The notes under the pieces: generated by a model
Told to the model about the DNA's origin: nothing
What the model saw: the letters and a program-made list of their open reading frames with translations, nothing else
Database searches by the model: none
Program-made: the position numbers and the translations under genes
Shown: in pieces, positions 27,604 through 38,114 of the stretch
Layout of the letters: each line of letters begins with the position of its first letter
How positions within the stretch are numbered: the stretch's first letter is position 1
Origin: a virus
Taxonomy: Duplodnaviria; Caudoviricetes
Direction: 5' to 3' (one strand)
Length of the DNA: 64,000 nucleotides
IMG/VR virus record: IMGVR_UViG_3300028591_005215
Span: 32,001-96,000 of that record

Positions 27604-30300
27604 ATGGCTAAAAAAAAGAAAAAGGACATAGAATGGTCACATTATCAATTAGCGATTTATGATTTCATACAAAATGGTCAAGGAAATGCAGTAATAGAAG
27701 CATGCGCTGGTAGTGGTAAAAGTACATCATTAGTTAAATGTTTGGATTTTATTGGTGAAGATAAACGTATTTTAATTACCGCCTTTAACAAAGACATAGT
27801 TAATGTTCTTACTAAAAAGACTAAGAATAGGACTAATGTATCTTCTATGACAATGCATAGCCTTGGTTTGCAAATGTTACGAACAAACTTTAGGGATAAA
27901 TCTTTAGAATTAGATGAATTTAAATATAGGTCTTTTGTTTCAACAAATCTTAAAAAATTAACATCAATTGACACATATGCGTTAGGCAAAAAAGACTTTC
28001 TTAGATATGTAGATAATATTTGTAAATATATTGATTTTGGTAGATATTATCTTTGTCAAACAGTAAAAGATTTAGACTTTATAGAGGATAGATACGAAAT
28101 AGACACAATTGCTGACGAAAAGGCAGTCGCAATACAATCAATGGAATGGGGTAAAAGAAATCTTGATACGATTGACTATACTGATATGGTTTGGCTTCCA
28201 AATATGCTGAACTGCCAACCTTATGGACTTAAATTTGATTGGATTGCAGTTGATGAAGCACAAGACCTTAACTGTGCGCAAAGGGAATTATTACTAAAAT
28301 GTAGGAAAATTTCAACACGTATGCTAATATTTGGCGATAGTGACCAATGCCAACCAACGGGAACTAAAGTTATGCTCACTGATGGTACTGAAAAAAATAT
28401 TGAAGACTTAAATGTTGGCGATTATGTTGTAACATATAATAGCGAATATGGATATTATGTTGGATATAAAAATTATTCTGTTAAAGGTAATATAACAAAC
28501 CATCAATGCAAACGAATTAGTGCAATAGAACATCATACTGAAAATGAACTAATAACTATTGAAACAACTAGTGGCAAAAAAAGTTCTTATACCCCTAGTC
28601 ATATTTGTTATGCTAGAATGAATAGAGAATATAGCAAGACTGCATACTGTACTTATGTCATGAGAAATGATAAAGGCATGTATCGAATTGGTAAGACTAA
28701 ACTTTATAGAAATAATTATACATTTTCATTAAGCCACCGATTACTGAGTGAGGGGTGTATAGACGCATGGATTTTAAATATTTTTGAGACAGAAAAAGAA
28801 GCTAGAATATGCGAACTTGTAAATAGTTATAAATTTGGAATACCACAACTAGTATTTGATATGGAACGAGCAAATAATGCTGAAGGTAGAACTCCATATT
28901 TTTTAAATGAAGAAATTTGTGAAATTTATAAGCAAATTAATGAAAATATCGAAGAAAGGGTTAAAAGATGTTTAGAGTATAATCATAGAAAATTGGAATA
29001 TCCAATTGTTTCTAGAAATAAAAAAAATTATATTTCAAAAGAGCATTTTACAACATTTAATGCATGCAATTTATTTCCTAAATTTATGGAGGTTAATACG
29101 TTAAATGAAAATAATTTAAGAGAAAAACATAAATATAAAATTATAAGAACACCTGAAAAAATTACAAATGTTAAATATAGTTATGGAGAATTTGAAGTAT
29201 ATTCATTAAATGTTGAGGGAAATCATAATTATGTTGCAGATGGAATATTGACACATAATTGCCTTTATAGCTTTAGCGGAAGTGACCCTGATTCATTTAA
29301 TATCCTTAAATCGCTCCCTAACACGATTTCTTTACCACTTAGTATAAGTTATCGGTGTGCAGATAATATCGTCTCATACGCAAAGCAATTAGTCCCTACA
29401 ATAGAAAAAAATACTGAAGGTAGGAAAGGCGAAATAATTGAAAATGCTAAGATAGAAGACGTTAATGATGGTGATATGATTGTTTGCCGTAATAATGCAC
29501 CTTTGATGAAAATTTATAATTCTTTTATAAAAGAAGGGAAGAAATGTTTTGTCAGGGGCAAAGACATTGGAAACAATCTTAAACGTATTGTTAAAAACAC
29601 TAAAAAAGAAAACTTGTATAAAGATTTAAGTAAAGACGGGGTTTTCGTAAGACTTTACAGCAATTTGTTTGACGCAAGAGACACTTTGATGCTTAACAGT
29701 AACATTGATTTAGACACTGCTATGCAGTCATCTTTAATCGTTAACAGATTAGATACAATTAAAGCACTTGAAGTTCTTGCTGATGGCATTAATACCACCG
29801 ATGAACTAATAGAAAAAATATCTAATGTGTTTTCTGATAGGAAAAAGAACGGTATTTCATTATCAACAATCCATAAAGCCAAAGGGCTTGAAGCAGATAG
29901 AGTATTTGTGGCATGTAAATCATTAATGCCATCAAAGTCAGCTAAAAAGGATTGGGAAATTAAACAAGAATATAATCTTATGTATGTTGCTTACACAAGA
30001 GCTAAAAATACATTAGGATTCCTTGATGAAAGCTATTTTGATGATATAATTTCAGACTTGCCAAAAGAAAAGAAAAAATTAACTGCAATTGAAATGCAAG
30101 TTAGCAAAGTATTGGGTAAAAAAGCTAAATACATTTCAGCAAGTACTGCTTACGCTTCTGAAATTGTAAAACGTGCAGGCAAATTAGAAATGCCTAAGTC
30201 CAATTCAAAGTCATTAAGTAAAGAAACCAAAAGAGTACAAGTTAAACCATCACTTAGTGGACTTTTCAATAGAAAAATAACAAAAAGAACTTTGTTTTAA
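27604..30300 (+). CDS. UvrD/Rep-family SF1 helicase with intein
   Basis: AGSGKST, DEAQD, GDSDQ, SYRC, STIHKAKGLE, YVAYTRAK. Confidence 0.9.
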   Translation: MAKKKKKDIEWSHYQLAIYDFIQNGQGNAVIEACAGSGKSTSLVKCLDFIGEDKRILITAFNKDIVNVLTKKTKNRTNVSSMTMHSLGLQMLRTNFRDKSLELDEFKYRSFVSTNLKKLTSIDTYALGKKDFLRYVDNICKYIDFGRYYLCQTVKDLDFIEDRYEIDTIADEKAVAIQSMEWGKRNLDTIDYTDMVWLPNMLNCQPYGLKFDWIAVDEAQDLNCAQRELLLKCRKISTRMLIFGDSDQCQPTGTKVMLTDGTEKNIEDLNVGDYVVTYNSEYGYYVGYKNYSVKGNITNHQCKRISAIEHHTENELITIETTSGKKSSYTPSHICYARMNREYSKTAYCTYVMRNDKGMYRIGKTKLYRNNYTFSLSHRLLSEGCIDAWILNIFETEKEARICELVNSYKFGIPQLVFDMERANNAEGRTPYFLNEEICEIYKQINENIEERVKRCLEYNHRKLEYPIVSRNKKNYISKEHFTTFNACNLFPKFMEVNTLNENNLREKHKYKIIRTPEKITNVKYSYGEFEVYSLNVEGNHNYVADGILTHNCLYSFSGSDPDSFNILKSLPNTISLPLSISYRCADNIVSYAKQLVPTIEKNTEGRKGEIIENAKIEDVNDGDMIVCRNNAPLMKIYNSFIKEGKKCFVRGKDIGNNLKRIVKNTKKENLYKDLSKDGVFVRLYSNLFDARDTLMLNSNIDLDTAMQSSLIVNRLDTIKALEVLADGINTTDELIEKISNVFSDRKKNGISLSTIHKAKGLEADRVFVACKSLMPSKSAKKDWEIKQEYNLMYVAYTRAKNTLGFLDESYFDDIISDLPKEKKKLTAIEMQVSKVLGKKAKYISASTAYASEIVKRAGKLEMPKSNSKSLSKETKRVQVKPSLSGLFNRKITKRTLF
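28348..29259 (+). mobile_element. intein (304 aa) in helicase motif III, with GIY-YIG-like insert
   Basis: Q|CQPTGTKV...TPSH...VYSLNVEGNHNYVADGILTHN|C; insert TYVMRN..YRIGKT. Confidence 0.9.
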
Positions 30301-30305
30301 ATAAT

Positions 30306-30596
30306 ATGAGCAGCATTAAAACAATTAAAAGATATTGGGCTGATTGGTGTCAGCCTTGTCACGCATTTGAAAAAACATTCAATGAAGCATCAGCCAAAGA
30401 TAAATATAAAAATATTAGTTTTGAGTCTATAAATATAGAAGATGATGAAGGTGTTGACGATTCAATTAAATATAGTATAAGAAGTATACCAACAACAATT
30501 CTTTTTGGTGAAAACGGAGAATGTTTAAAAAAAATAATAGGAAACGTATCATTATCTGATTTTGAAATGATTGTGGACGATGAATTAACTATGTGA
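30306..30596 (+). CDS. thioredoxin
   Basis: WCQPC and SIPT motifs. Confidence 0.85.
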   Translation: MSSIKTIKRYWADWCQPCHAFEKTFNEASAKDKYKNISFESINIEDDEGVDDSIKYSIRSIPTTILFGENGECLKKIIGNVSLSDFEMIVDDELTM

Positions 30597-30683
30597 TGAT
30601 AACGGTGTGAGTTTACTATATTATGGTAGATATAGTGGGTGTATTAAGAATAAGAAAATAATTCTATATAAAATAAAGCAATT

Positions 30684-31550
30684 ATGATACTTGGTTTCTG
30701 CGGGAGAATGAGGTCTGGAAAAACAGAGCTTGCTAAAGTTTGTGAAAAATATGGCTATAAAAGACTGTATTTTGCTTTGCCGTTAAAGGCAATTTGTGCT
30801 GAGTTTTTAAATATATCTATAGATGAACTTAATAGGTTAAAAAATGAAAATATTGGCATAGATATAGATATATCTAATGATGCTATTGAATATTTTTCCG
30901 AACAAACTAAAATACCAATAGAAACTGTTCAAATGGTTATCGGTGGTAAACATATTAAAAATGTTAGGGAAATGCTTCAAGTAATAGGAACTGATTTAAT
31001 TAGGGGGTATAATATGAATTGGCATATTAATAAAATTAGGGAAATGATTAACCCTGATAAAAAATATGTAATTGAAGATGTTAGATTCCCCAACGAAAAA
31101 GAAATGATTGAAGAATTAGGTGGTGAAAATTGGTTTGTTGTTAGGCCTCAATTAAGTAATATTTCGCACCACATATCTGAAGAATCTTTGAAATGGCAAG
31201 ACTTTGGTGATAATGTAATAATTAACAACAAGTCACTTGAATATCTATCTGTTACATGGGAAAATTTTTTGCTTAATTATGATATGTCAGTAAAATTAAG
31301 GCAAAAACTTGTAGTTGATATTTCATTAAAAGGTTTGGGTTATATTAAAGATGATGCTTTCACGTTGTCTGATTCATTATTTATTTCACCTTATTTTTTT
31401 AATTACAAAAAAAATAATATAAATGAAGAACAAATTAGAAATGTTTCTTTAAACGATAAAGGAAATGCTGTAGTTGAACTTAAGGACGGCTCAATTTTGC
31501 TAATATCAAACCCACTTAACATTGAAGATTTAAAATTTTTGATTAATTAA
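30684..31550 (+). CDS. deoxynucleoside monophosphate kinase (T4 gp1-like)
   Basis: GRMRSGKT, FALPLK, REMLQVIGT, DVRFPNE, HISE. Confidence 0.85.
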   Translation: MILGFCGRMRSGKTELAKVCEKYGYKRLYFALPLKAICAEFLNISIDELNRLKNENIGIDIDISNDAIEYFSEQTKIPIETVQMVIGGKHIKNVREMLQVIGTDLIRGYNMNWHINKIREMINPDKKYVIEDVRFPNEKEMIEELGGENWFVVRPQLSNISHHISEESLKWQDFGDNVIINNKSLEYLSVTWENFLLNYDMSVKLRQKLVVDISLKGLGYIKDDAFTLSDSLFISPYFFNYKKNNINEEQIRNVSLNDKGNAVVELKDGSILLISNPLNIEDLKFLIN

Positions 31551-31725
31551 CATATTTATTTTTGTGTTTAATTTTTTTAATTATATATTAGCAACATATG
31601 GCACAATTAGCAAAATTAGAAACAAAACGAATGTATCAAACTTCAGACGGTATGAAACATGACACATACGAAAAAGCTTTGTATCATTCAAACATTTTGA
31701 AGTTTAGAAAAAAAATAGGATTGTT

Positions 31726-31914
31726 ATGAAAAAGAGTAAAAGACCTAAGTCAACCGACCCAATTAAAATTTTGCGTTGGCTAAGTAGGGATGACGAATTT
31801 GAACGCAATGGAGGTGGTCAATGGGTAGCCAAAGATAGACCTTGGAAAAACAAAAAGAAGTATGATAGAAAAGTAAATAAAAAAGACTTGGGGAATATCC
31901 TCAAGTCTTTTTAG
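31726..31914 (+). CDS. small basic protein
   Basis: 62 aa, KNKKKYDRK motif. Confidence 0.6.
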   Translation: MKKSKRPKSTDPIKILRWLSRDDEFERNGGGQWVAKDRPWKNKKKYDRKVNKKDLGNILKSF

Positions 31915-31926
31915 TTTTTATACATT

Positions 31927-32874
31927 TTAATCTTCTGACTGGCCTAAATCTAATCCGTATTTTTTTCTTTCATCATAATCTTGCTGCGCTGCTATACCTC
32001 TGCTTATTCTGGCATCACTTTGACGTCTTATTGCAGCTTCTCTCTTAGTAATACCCTCTCCCCTCATAAGTCTTGATATTGGTTCTCCACACATTGAAAA
32101 GTCTTTAACGCATACTTTTAATGTTTCTATTTGTGGATTACCTTTTTCAGCCAAGATTCTGTTAAAGTTATTTAATTTAATTCTTAAATTATCAATACAT
32201 TTAAGAGTGTTTTCAGGAGTAGATGTAACTTCGTTTTGCGGAATTGGTGAAGAAAGATGGACATCCTTATTGAATAATTGGTTATATACTCTTAGAACGC
32301 CTTCGCAAGCAGTTTTAAGGCAATCATTTATATCGAAAACACCAACTAATTTATAAATTTTATTGGCCATTGAAGCTCGCTCAGGAATCCTTTTAAGCAT
32401 TTCACGCCCTTCTGCGTTAAACGAATTTATATTTAATTGCTCGTTAGGCAATTGTTTAGTTAAAATGTCCTTTGTTTTGATACTTGCTATATCAACTGTT
32501 CTAGGGTCAACAACCATTGTGGATTGGGTCATAGGTTTATTTTTTTGCACTTTTGCAACACCTGTAGTCTCTAATGATTTTAATTGCGAAGTATACATCT
32601 TAACACGTTTTCTTGCTAATGCAACACGATTAACGAAAAGCTTTTCAAGCATCATAGGATGATTTCTATGTGCATCTACTTTCTTTTTTTCAGCAACTGT
32701 TAATTTGCTATAAATAAAATCATCGTCATCTTCATGCTGTATAATAGACTTTTCTAAAGCAATCGCTTTTTTGATTTCTTCAGGGTCATTTTTAGCTTCC
32801 TTTATAATTTGTCTAACTGAATTTTCGATAATTCTGTGCAAATCACTTTCAGTTAACCTAATTAATTTCTTCAT
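31927..32874 (-). CDS. hypothetical protein with head-protein leader
   Basis: MKKLIRLTESDLHRIIENSVRQIIKE. Confidence 0.8.
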   Translation of the reverse strand: MKKLIRLTESDLHRIIENSVRQIIKEAKNDPEEIKKAIALEKSIIQHEDDDDFIYSKLTVAEKKKVDAHRNHPMMLEKLFVNRVALARKRVKMYTSQLKSLETTGVAKVQKNKPMTQSTMVVDPRTVDIASIKTKDILTKQLPNEQLNINSFNAEGREMLKRIPERASMANKIYKLVGVFDINDCLKTACEGVLRVYNQLFNKDVHLSSPIPQNEVTSTPENTLKCIDNLRIKLNNFNRILAEKGNPQIETLKVCVKDFSMCGEPISRLMRGEGITKREAAIRRQSDARISRGIAAQQDYDERKKYGLDLGQSED

Positions 32875-32932
32875 ATTTGATTATGTATTTTTTCTTAGGA
32901 ATTTATATTTATAATTATAAATATCCGTTTAA

Positions 32933-33148
32933 ATGAAAAAAAGTGAAATAGAAAAACGTAAGCTTGCAAATCGTTTACGTAAAAAAATAAATGAAAATAA
33001 AAACGATAATATCATCATTAGTGATGGTAAAGTTTATTATTCTCTAAATGAAAGTGAACTAAGAAGTCTTGTTAGTGAAGCTGTTAAAAATGTTATTGCT
33101 GATAAACGTCCAAAAAGTGGTATCACCAAAAGAATTAATAACATGTAA
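32933..33148 (+). CDS. small protein with internal leader-like motif
   Basis: LNESELRSLVSEAVKNVI; ATATTTAT at 32905. Confidence 0.6.
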   Translation: MKKSEIEKRKLANRLRKKINENKNDNIIISDGKVYYSLNESELRSLVSEAVKNVIADKRPKSGITKRINNM

Positions 33149-33187
33149 GCACTAAAAGTAATATGAGAAATAAAAATACGTAAAAAA

Positions 33188-34009
33188 ATGCTCATTAAAA
33201 AAATTATTAATGAAGTAATTAATGAAACTATAAGGGATAAAAACAATATACAGCGGAAATTAAATTCTGAAGTGTATAAATTTGCTAGAAGTATAACACC
33301 TGAAATCTTAGAAAGTTGCGTTAGTATTAAAGACGCAATAGGGTTAGGGTGTGTTGGTGATGAATATCAAGATTATGATTTAGCGTATGATAACCTTGAT
33401 AAAAGACTAGGATGGTTTGGTTTACAATTCGATACGCTTCTTATCCAGTTCGTAGATTATGATGATAGTGGGAAGAAAGCTGCTTTTGGTGAGTCAAGAG
33501 AAAGTAATGTTGCAATAATTGAATTAAGTCCTACAAGAATGTTAAGGTCAGTAAACCCTTCTATTACTATATATAGAAATTTAATTCATGAATTAACACA
33601 TTTATTAGATTGGTGTGACGCACAAAATGAAAATTATCCAGAAAATAATAAAAACATACTTAGTGATTTATTATATTGGCTAAGTAAAACTGAAATTCAA
33701 TCAAGACTTCAAGAAACATACGTTGTAGCAGCTAATTTACTAAGAAATATTGATTATATACCTAATATTAACGAACTAATTGAAATGACTAATGATGCGA
33801 GTAGATTAGATGATATTAAACTTGCATTATCAGAATTATCAAGTCAAAAAATTAGCAACAAAGATATATCTAACGCATCTAAAATGCTTAATATTAATTT
33901 TAATAACATTAGTCATACTATAGTAATTAAGTTGATTAAAAAAGAACTTACTAAAAGATTAATATATTTTCAAGAAAAACTTTATAAACTAATTGAAACT
34001 TTAATATAA
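33188..34009 (+). CDS. HExxH zinc metallopeptidase-like protein with leader
   Basis: IINEVINE; LIHELTH...TEIQSRLQE. Confidence 0.65.
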   Translation: MLIKKIINEVINETIRDKNNIQRKLNSEVYKFARSITPEILESCVSIKDAIGLGCVGDEYQDYDLAYDNLDKRLGWFGLQFDTLLIQFVDYDDSGKKAAFGESRESNVAIIELSPTRMLRSVNPSITIYRNLIHELTHLLDWCDAQNENYPENNKNILSDLLYWLSKTEIQSRLQETYVVAANLLRNIDYIPNINELIEMTNDASRLDDIKLALSELSSQKISNKDISNASKMLNINFNNISHTIVIKLIKKELTKRLIYFQEKLYKLIETLI

Positions 34010-34047
34010 CAAAAAAGGCTGAGAAGTAATCTCAGCCTTTTATATTA

Positions 34048-34515
34048 TTATTTTTTATAATATTCCAAAAACTTTTTCCAATATCCAGGTCTAACTTTTT
34101 TACTGTTAACACCACCATTCCAAATTCTGCATGCATTCATTGCAGATTTTGTTTTATTATATTGGTTCATTATTAAAATAAACATTTCTTTAGATTTTTT
34201 AATATTTAATCTATCAGCTAATGTATATTTTTTCTTACTACCTTTTCTTTTAAGAATGTTATTACATTCAGTTACAAGAATAGGTGTGATTTGTAAAATG
34301 CCAAGTGAATTCCCGTGAGAAGCTTTACTATCACCTCTACTTTCAACTTGAATTATAGCATCCATAATAGAATCCCATTTGGATGATTCATCTTCAACAT
34401 ATTCAACTTCCGTTGAAACATCCTCCTTCGTTTGATTTTCACCTGCGTATGTATTTACTGTGACAGCTAATAACATACTTAAAAACAAAAATACCTTTTT
34501 AAATTGTCTCATCAT
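34048..34515 (-). CDS. secreted lytic transglycosylase (SLT-like); start revised from 34566 to 34515
   Basis: Signal peptide MMRQFKK..TYA; AIIQVES, GILQI, WNGG. Confidence 0.8.
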   Translation of the reverse strand: MMRQFKKVFLFLSMLLAVTVNTYAGENQTKEDVSTEVEYVEDESSKWDSIMDAIIQVESRGDSKASHGNSLGILQITPILVTECNNILKRKGSKKKYTLADRLNIKKSKEMFILIMNQYNKTKSAMNACRIWNGGVNSKKVRPGYWKKFLEYYKK

Positions 34516-34528
34516 ATAAAATTTTATT

Positions 34529-34601
34529 GAGGTTCGTACAAATCTGATGTACGTTGTCTGCGGCACATGTGAGAGCGAGTTCTCCGCAGAAGGCTGACCT
34601 C
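34529..34601 (-). ncRNA. candidate cis-regulatory structured RNA in the SLT 5' leader
   Basis: GC-rich multibranch fold: GAGGU/ACCUC closing stem, UCUGCGG/CCGCAGA and CGUACA/UGUACG arms. Confidence 0.55.
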
Positions 34602-34611
34602 TTATTATTAA

Positions 34612-34986
34612 CTACTTTTCTACAATAGAACCTTCCTTAGTAATATTATGATAATACCAAGCCTTGATTACTTTTTTTAAGAAATCATCACGTTCTTTTT
34701 TATCTGAAATTAAATTTTTAAATTCTTCTTGAACAACATAAAATAATTGCGTTGCAGTCAGTAACTTAGCAACCTCTTTTTTAGGGGTTAACCAAGCTAC
34801 TAATTCTTTGTTTGTCGGATGCCCATTATCATCATAAGAATTTTCATCTGCCCTTGAAAAACTCCCATCAAGAAACTTAACTACTGATAAAACCTTATCT
34901 GATTCATCACCATTAGTTAATGATTCATTCAAAATTGCTGAAAAAAGGACACCACGTTTATTTTCACTTATTATGATTTTCTTCAT
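34612..34986 (-). CDS. hypothetical protein with head-protein leader
   Basis: MKKIIISE...ILNES; ATATTTAT upstream. Confidence 0.75.
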   Translation of the reverse strand: MKKIIISENKRGVLFSAILNESLTNGDESDKVLSVVKFLDGSFSRADENSYDDNGHPTNKELVAWLTPKKEVAKLLTATQLFYVVQEEFKNLISDKKERDDFLKKVIKAWYYHNITKEGSIVEK

Positions 34987-35015
34987 ACTATTATAACGTC
35001 CTATTTATATAAATA

Positions 35016-35615
35016 TTAAGAAAAATCTTTTAATCTATAATAATGTGATAAATCCCAATTTATACTGTCATTTTTACTTAAAATGTAAAATGAAGCTTGG
35101 GGTATTGTAAAAATTTTTTTAAAACCTAATCGTTTCCAATAATCATGTGATTTAAGGTCTTTTTCTACTGCGCACCAAATAAAATCAAATGATTCAGCAT
35201 ATTTTTTAATATACTTTAACATTTTAACATCTATTTTTTTACCTCTTAAACGTTCATCTATTATGAATGAATGACCATTTATTTGCGTGTATTGGTTTAA
35301 ATATTTGGATAGGTTAGGATTTACCAAATTAATTGGAGAGCCTTCGCATATGGGATAATATGCTATTAAAAGCAAGCCATATAGTTCGCCATCACGTGAA
35401 TCTATAAGCTTAACTGATTTATTTAAATCAATATTGCTATGAACTATCTGTTCAAATGCCATCATATTATCGCCTAAACCCCAACTTTTAGTTATAAATT
35501 CTATTATTTGTGGTACATCGTTAGGTACAGTTGACGTAATCTCGATGTTTTCCAATAGTTCTTCACCACTTAGTTCTAAGTTACCAAATCTATTGCATAA
35601 ATCTAAAGACATCAT
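35016..35615 (-). CDS. GNAT-family acetyltransferase
   Basis: FIIDERLRGKKI...YWKRLGF; host-type promoter at 35637-35668. Confidence 0.7.
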   Translation of the reverse strand: MMSLDLCNRFGNLELSGEELLENIEITSTVPNDVPQIIEFITKSWGLGDNMMAFEQIVHSNIDLNKSVKLIDSRDGELYGLLLIAYYPICEGSPINLVNPNLSKYLNQYTQINGHSFIIDERLRGKKIDVKMLKYIKKYAESFDFIWCAVEKDLKSHDYWKRLGFKKIFTIPQASFYILSKNDSINWDLSHYYRLKDFS

Positions 35616-35760
35616 ACTTTTAAAGATTTACATTTGCAAATATATAAAAAATATTTTTAATTTTCAAATTTGCTTATTTTAAAGAAAAAATGGAAAGCAA
35701 TTACTTCAAATAACGCTTTCCATTAAAGGTTGTAAAAATATTTGAGAAAATATGAGAATC

Positions 35761-36891
35761 TTATTTAATTACTACTTCATTATCAATGCAAGTTGCACTA
35801 AAAACGTAATTTTTCTTATAGTCATTCTCCAGCATTAAATCAGTAATTTTATCTTCAATATTATCTTGAACAAGCCTAATAATAGGACGAGCACCAAATT
35901 CCTTTTGACTAACTGCTTTAACGTGTAAGTAATCTACTACTTTGTCATCATATTTTAAATCATAATGTAATTCATTTAATCTATTGGCTAATTTATTAAT
36001 TTCTAACTTAACAATAGTATTAAGATTTTCATCAGTCAAATTGTTGAAATAAACTATTTTATCAATTCTATTTAAGAATTCTGGTGTAAACTTCTTTTTT
36101 AATGACTTTTCTATGATAGATTTTTTATTTGCTGTCTCGTTAGTGTTAAAACCGACACCACCACCAAGTTCAGCAGATTCTTTAGCACCAATATTAGATG
36201 TCATTAGAACAATTACGTTTTTAAAATTAACAATTTGTCCTGCTGAATCAGTTAGTCTTCCTTCATCAAATAATTGCAAGAATAAATTATAAACTTCTTG
36301 GTCAGCTTTTTCTATTTCATCAAGAAGCAAAACGCAATGCTGCTTATTTTTAATTGCTTCTGTTAATTGACCACCATTTTCATATCCTATATATCCAGGT
36401 GCAGCACCAGTTAATTTAGCAACTGAATTCTTTTCAGAATATTCTGACATATCAATCCTGACTAAAGCCTTCTCATCACCAAAAATTTCTTCGGCAAGTT
36501 TTTTCGCAATTAGCGTGTTATGACTTAGTATTCCATTTGTAAAATATCTATGGTTTGAATTGTCAGACAACGCCAAATCGTACATCTCTTCATATTCATT
36601 TGTATTAATAACGTCAGTGACGGTTTCAATACCATTTATAGTATAGATTTTATCACCTACGGCAAAATCTTTTGCAAATTTTTCTTCTAATTTTTCATTG
36701 AAAAGAATGTGGTCATCTGCACATTCAAGTTCTTTACCACTGGATGTTTTAATAATATATTTCAGATAAGGTATTGTCTTGTTTATAGAAACGATGTCAG
36801 CAAACCCATTATCAGTCTCAACTTCGTAATCTGTAACATCAATTATTTCTGTAAATTTTCTATTTATAGTATTTGATAATTTTTCATTCAT
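35761..36891 (-). CDS. clpC: ClpC/ClpB C-terminal half preceded by C-intein (125 aa, 36891-36517); start revised to MNEKLS
   Basis: ECADDHIL, MYDL, GILSHN|TLIAKKLAE; RIDMSEY, GAAPGYIGY, LLDEIEKA, GRLTD, GARP. Confidence 0.9.
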   Translation of the reverse strand: MNEKLSNTINRKFTEIIDVTDYEVETDNGFADIVSINKTIPYLKYIIKTSSGKELECADDHILFNEKLEEKFAKDFAVGDKIYTINGIETVTDVINTNEYEEMYDLALSDNSNHRYFTNGILSHNTLIAKKLAEEIFGDEKALVRIDMSEYSEKNSVAKLTGAAPGYIGYENGGQLTEAIKNKQHCVLLLDEIEKADQEVYNLFLQLFDEGRLTDSAGQIVNFKNVIVLMTSNIGAKESAELGGGVGFNTNETANKKSIIEKSLKKKFTPEFLNRIDKIVYFNNLTDENLNTIVKLEINKLANRLNELHYDLKYDDKVVDYLHVKAVSQKEFGARPIIRLVQDNIEDKITDLMLENDYKKNYVFSATCIDNEVVIK

Positions 36892-38090
36892 TTTTTTAAA
36901 AAATTTATACATTCATTAATTACTTTTTCTTTATTTTCCCTATAATCTTTTTCCCACACTACAAACTCTTCAAATCCATTTCTTTCAGCAATATTTTTTT
37001 TATCTTCATCTATTTCCCAAAGTTCTTTAGCTGTCTTATCGTGAAATGGATTTGGTTTATCAGATGGCTTAAACATTTTTGGGTTAGCATGATAAATATC
37101 TCCGTTAAATTCAATGAATTTTCTTTTATTCAAATCACAGAAATCGTACCTATAGTAAAAATTATTGTCATTTTTTAAAGTATATTCTCTATTTTTATCT
37201 TCATAAAAAACAAAATCTTTTTCTTCTTCTGGATATTTTTTCAATATTTCGCCAAAAAGCTCTTGGGATATTTTGGAATAACCTAGTTGATGAAAACCAG
37301 TTTTGTTTAGGCTATCTTGCCATTTTTCTTGTCTTTTCTTCCATCTTTTTAGTCCTTCATTTTCTCCGTATTTTTTTATGCACTTTTTAAGTGAAAATGT
37401 GGATTGTATTTCAGCAACTTTTTCCTTAGCATCATTCTCAGAGTAACCTTTTTCAATCCAGTGTTCTATGCACCTAACACTATTTTTTCTGCGTTCGCTT
37501 TTGCTTTTTGATGCATTTCTTTTAGCAAGTTCTGTTTGATATTCAGATACTTTTTTTTTAGCATCATTTTTAGAATAACCTCTTTTAAGCCAGTATTCAA
37601 CACACCAAATGCTTCTTTCTTTAAAGAATTTATTGCAATCTTTGCCAAGTGATTCTATATATTTTTTGTTAACTATTGGTACTTTACCAGCAGCTTTTTT
37701 ACCCCTTTCAGATTGCATTTTTGATATTATTTCTTTTCCTTCATTTTTAGAATAACCTTTTTTAAGCCAATATTCTATACACAACTTATTACGCTCCTTC
37801 ATATATTCATTAATGAAGTCGTCATCGAATCCACGTTCTAATAGTCCTTCACGAGAACTATGCCAATGCTTGATGAATGGAATTTTTTTAATAACATCTT
37901 TTATTAGTGTTAATTTGTTTATTTTTCCATCATTTAAACAATAGTAATCAAAGCAATCTTTTAATGCGTTTATTATTTTTGGATTTTTAAAGTTTAGTAA
38001 AGGATTAAATGACTTTAATACTTCAACAAATTCATTAAAATTTAAATCGTCACCAAATGTTTTTCTTTTTTTATCTAATAATATTGTCAT
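36888..38090 (-). CDS. free-standing Vsr/DUF559-like homing endonuclease
   Basis: Three (I/V)E(Y/H)W(L/I)xxGYS repeats; YDF...IEFNGDIYHANP...VVWEKDY. Confidence 0.75.
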   Translation of the reverse strand: MTILLDKKRKTFGDDLNFNEFVEVLKSFNPLLNFKNPKIINALKDCFDYYCLNDGKINKLTLIKDVIKKIPFIKHWHSSREGLLERGFDDDFINEYMKERNKLCIEYWLKKGYSKNEGKEIISKMQSERGKKAAGKVPIVNKKYIESLGKDCNKFFKERSIWCVEYWLKRGYSKNDAKKKVSEYQTELAKRNASKSKSERRKNSVRCIEHWIEKGYSENDAKEKVAEIQSTFSLKKCIKKYGENEGLKRWKKRQEKWQDSLNKTGFHQLGYSKISQELFGEILKKYPEEEKDFVFYEDKNREYTLKNDNNFYYRYDFCDLNKRKFIEFNGDIYHANPKMFKPSDKPNPFHDKTAKELWEIDEDKKNIAERNGFEEFVVWEKDYRENKEKVINECINFLKK

Positions 38091-38114
38091 AATATTTTGT
38101 TTTCTATATAAATA

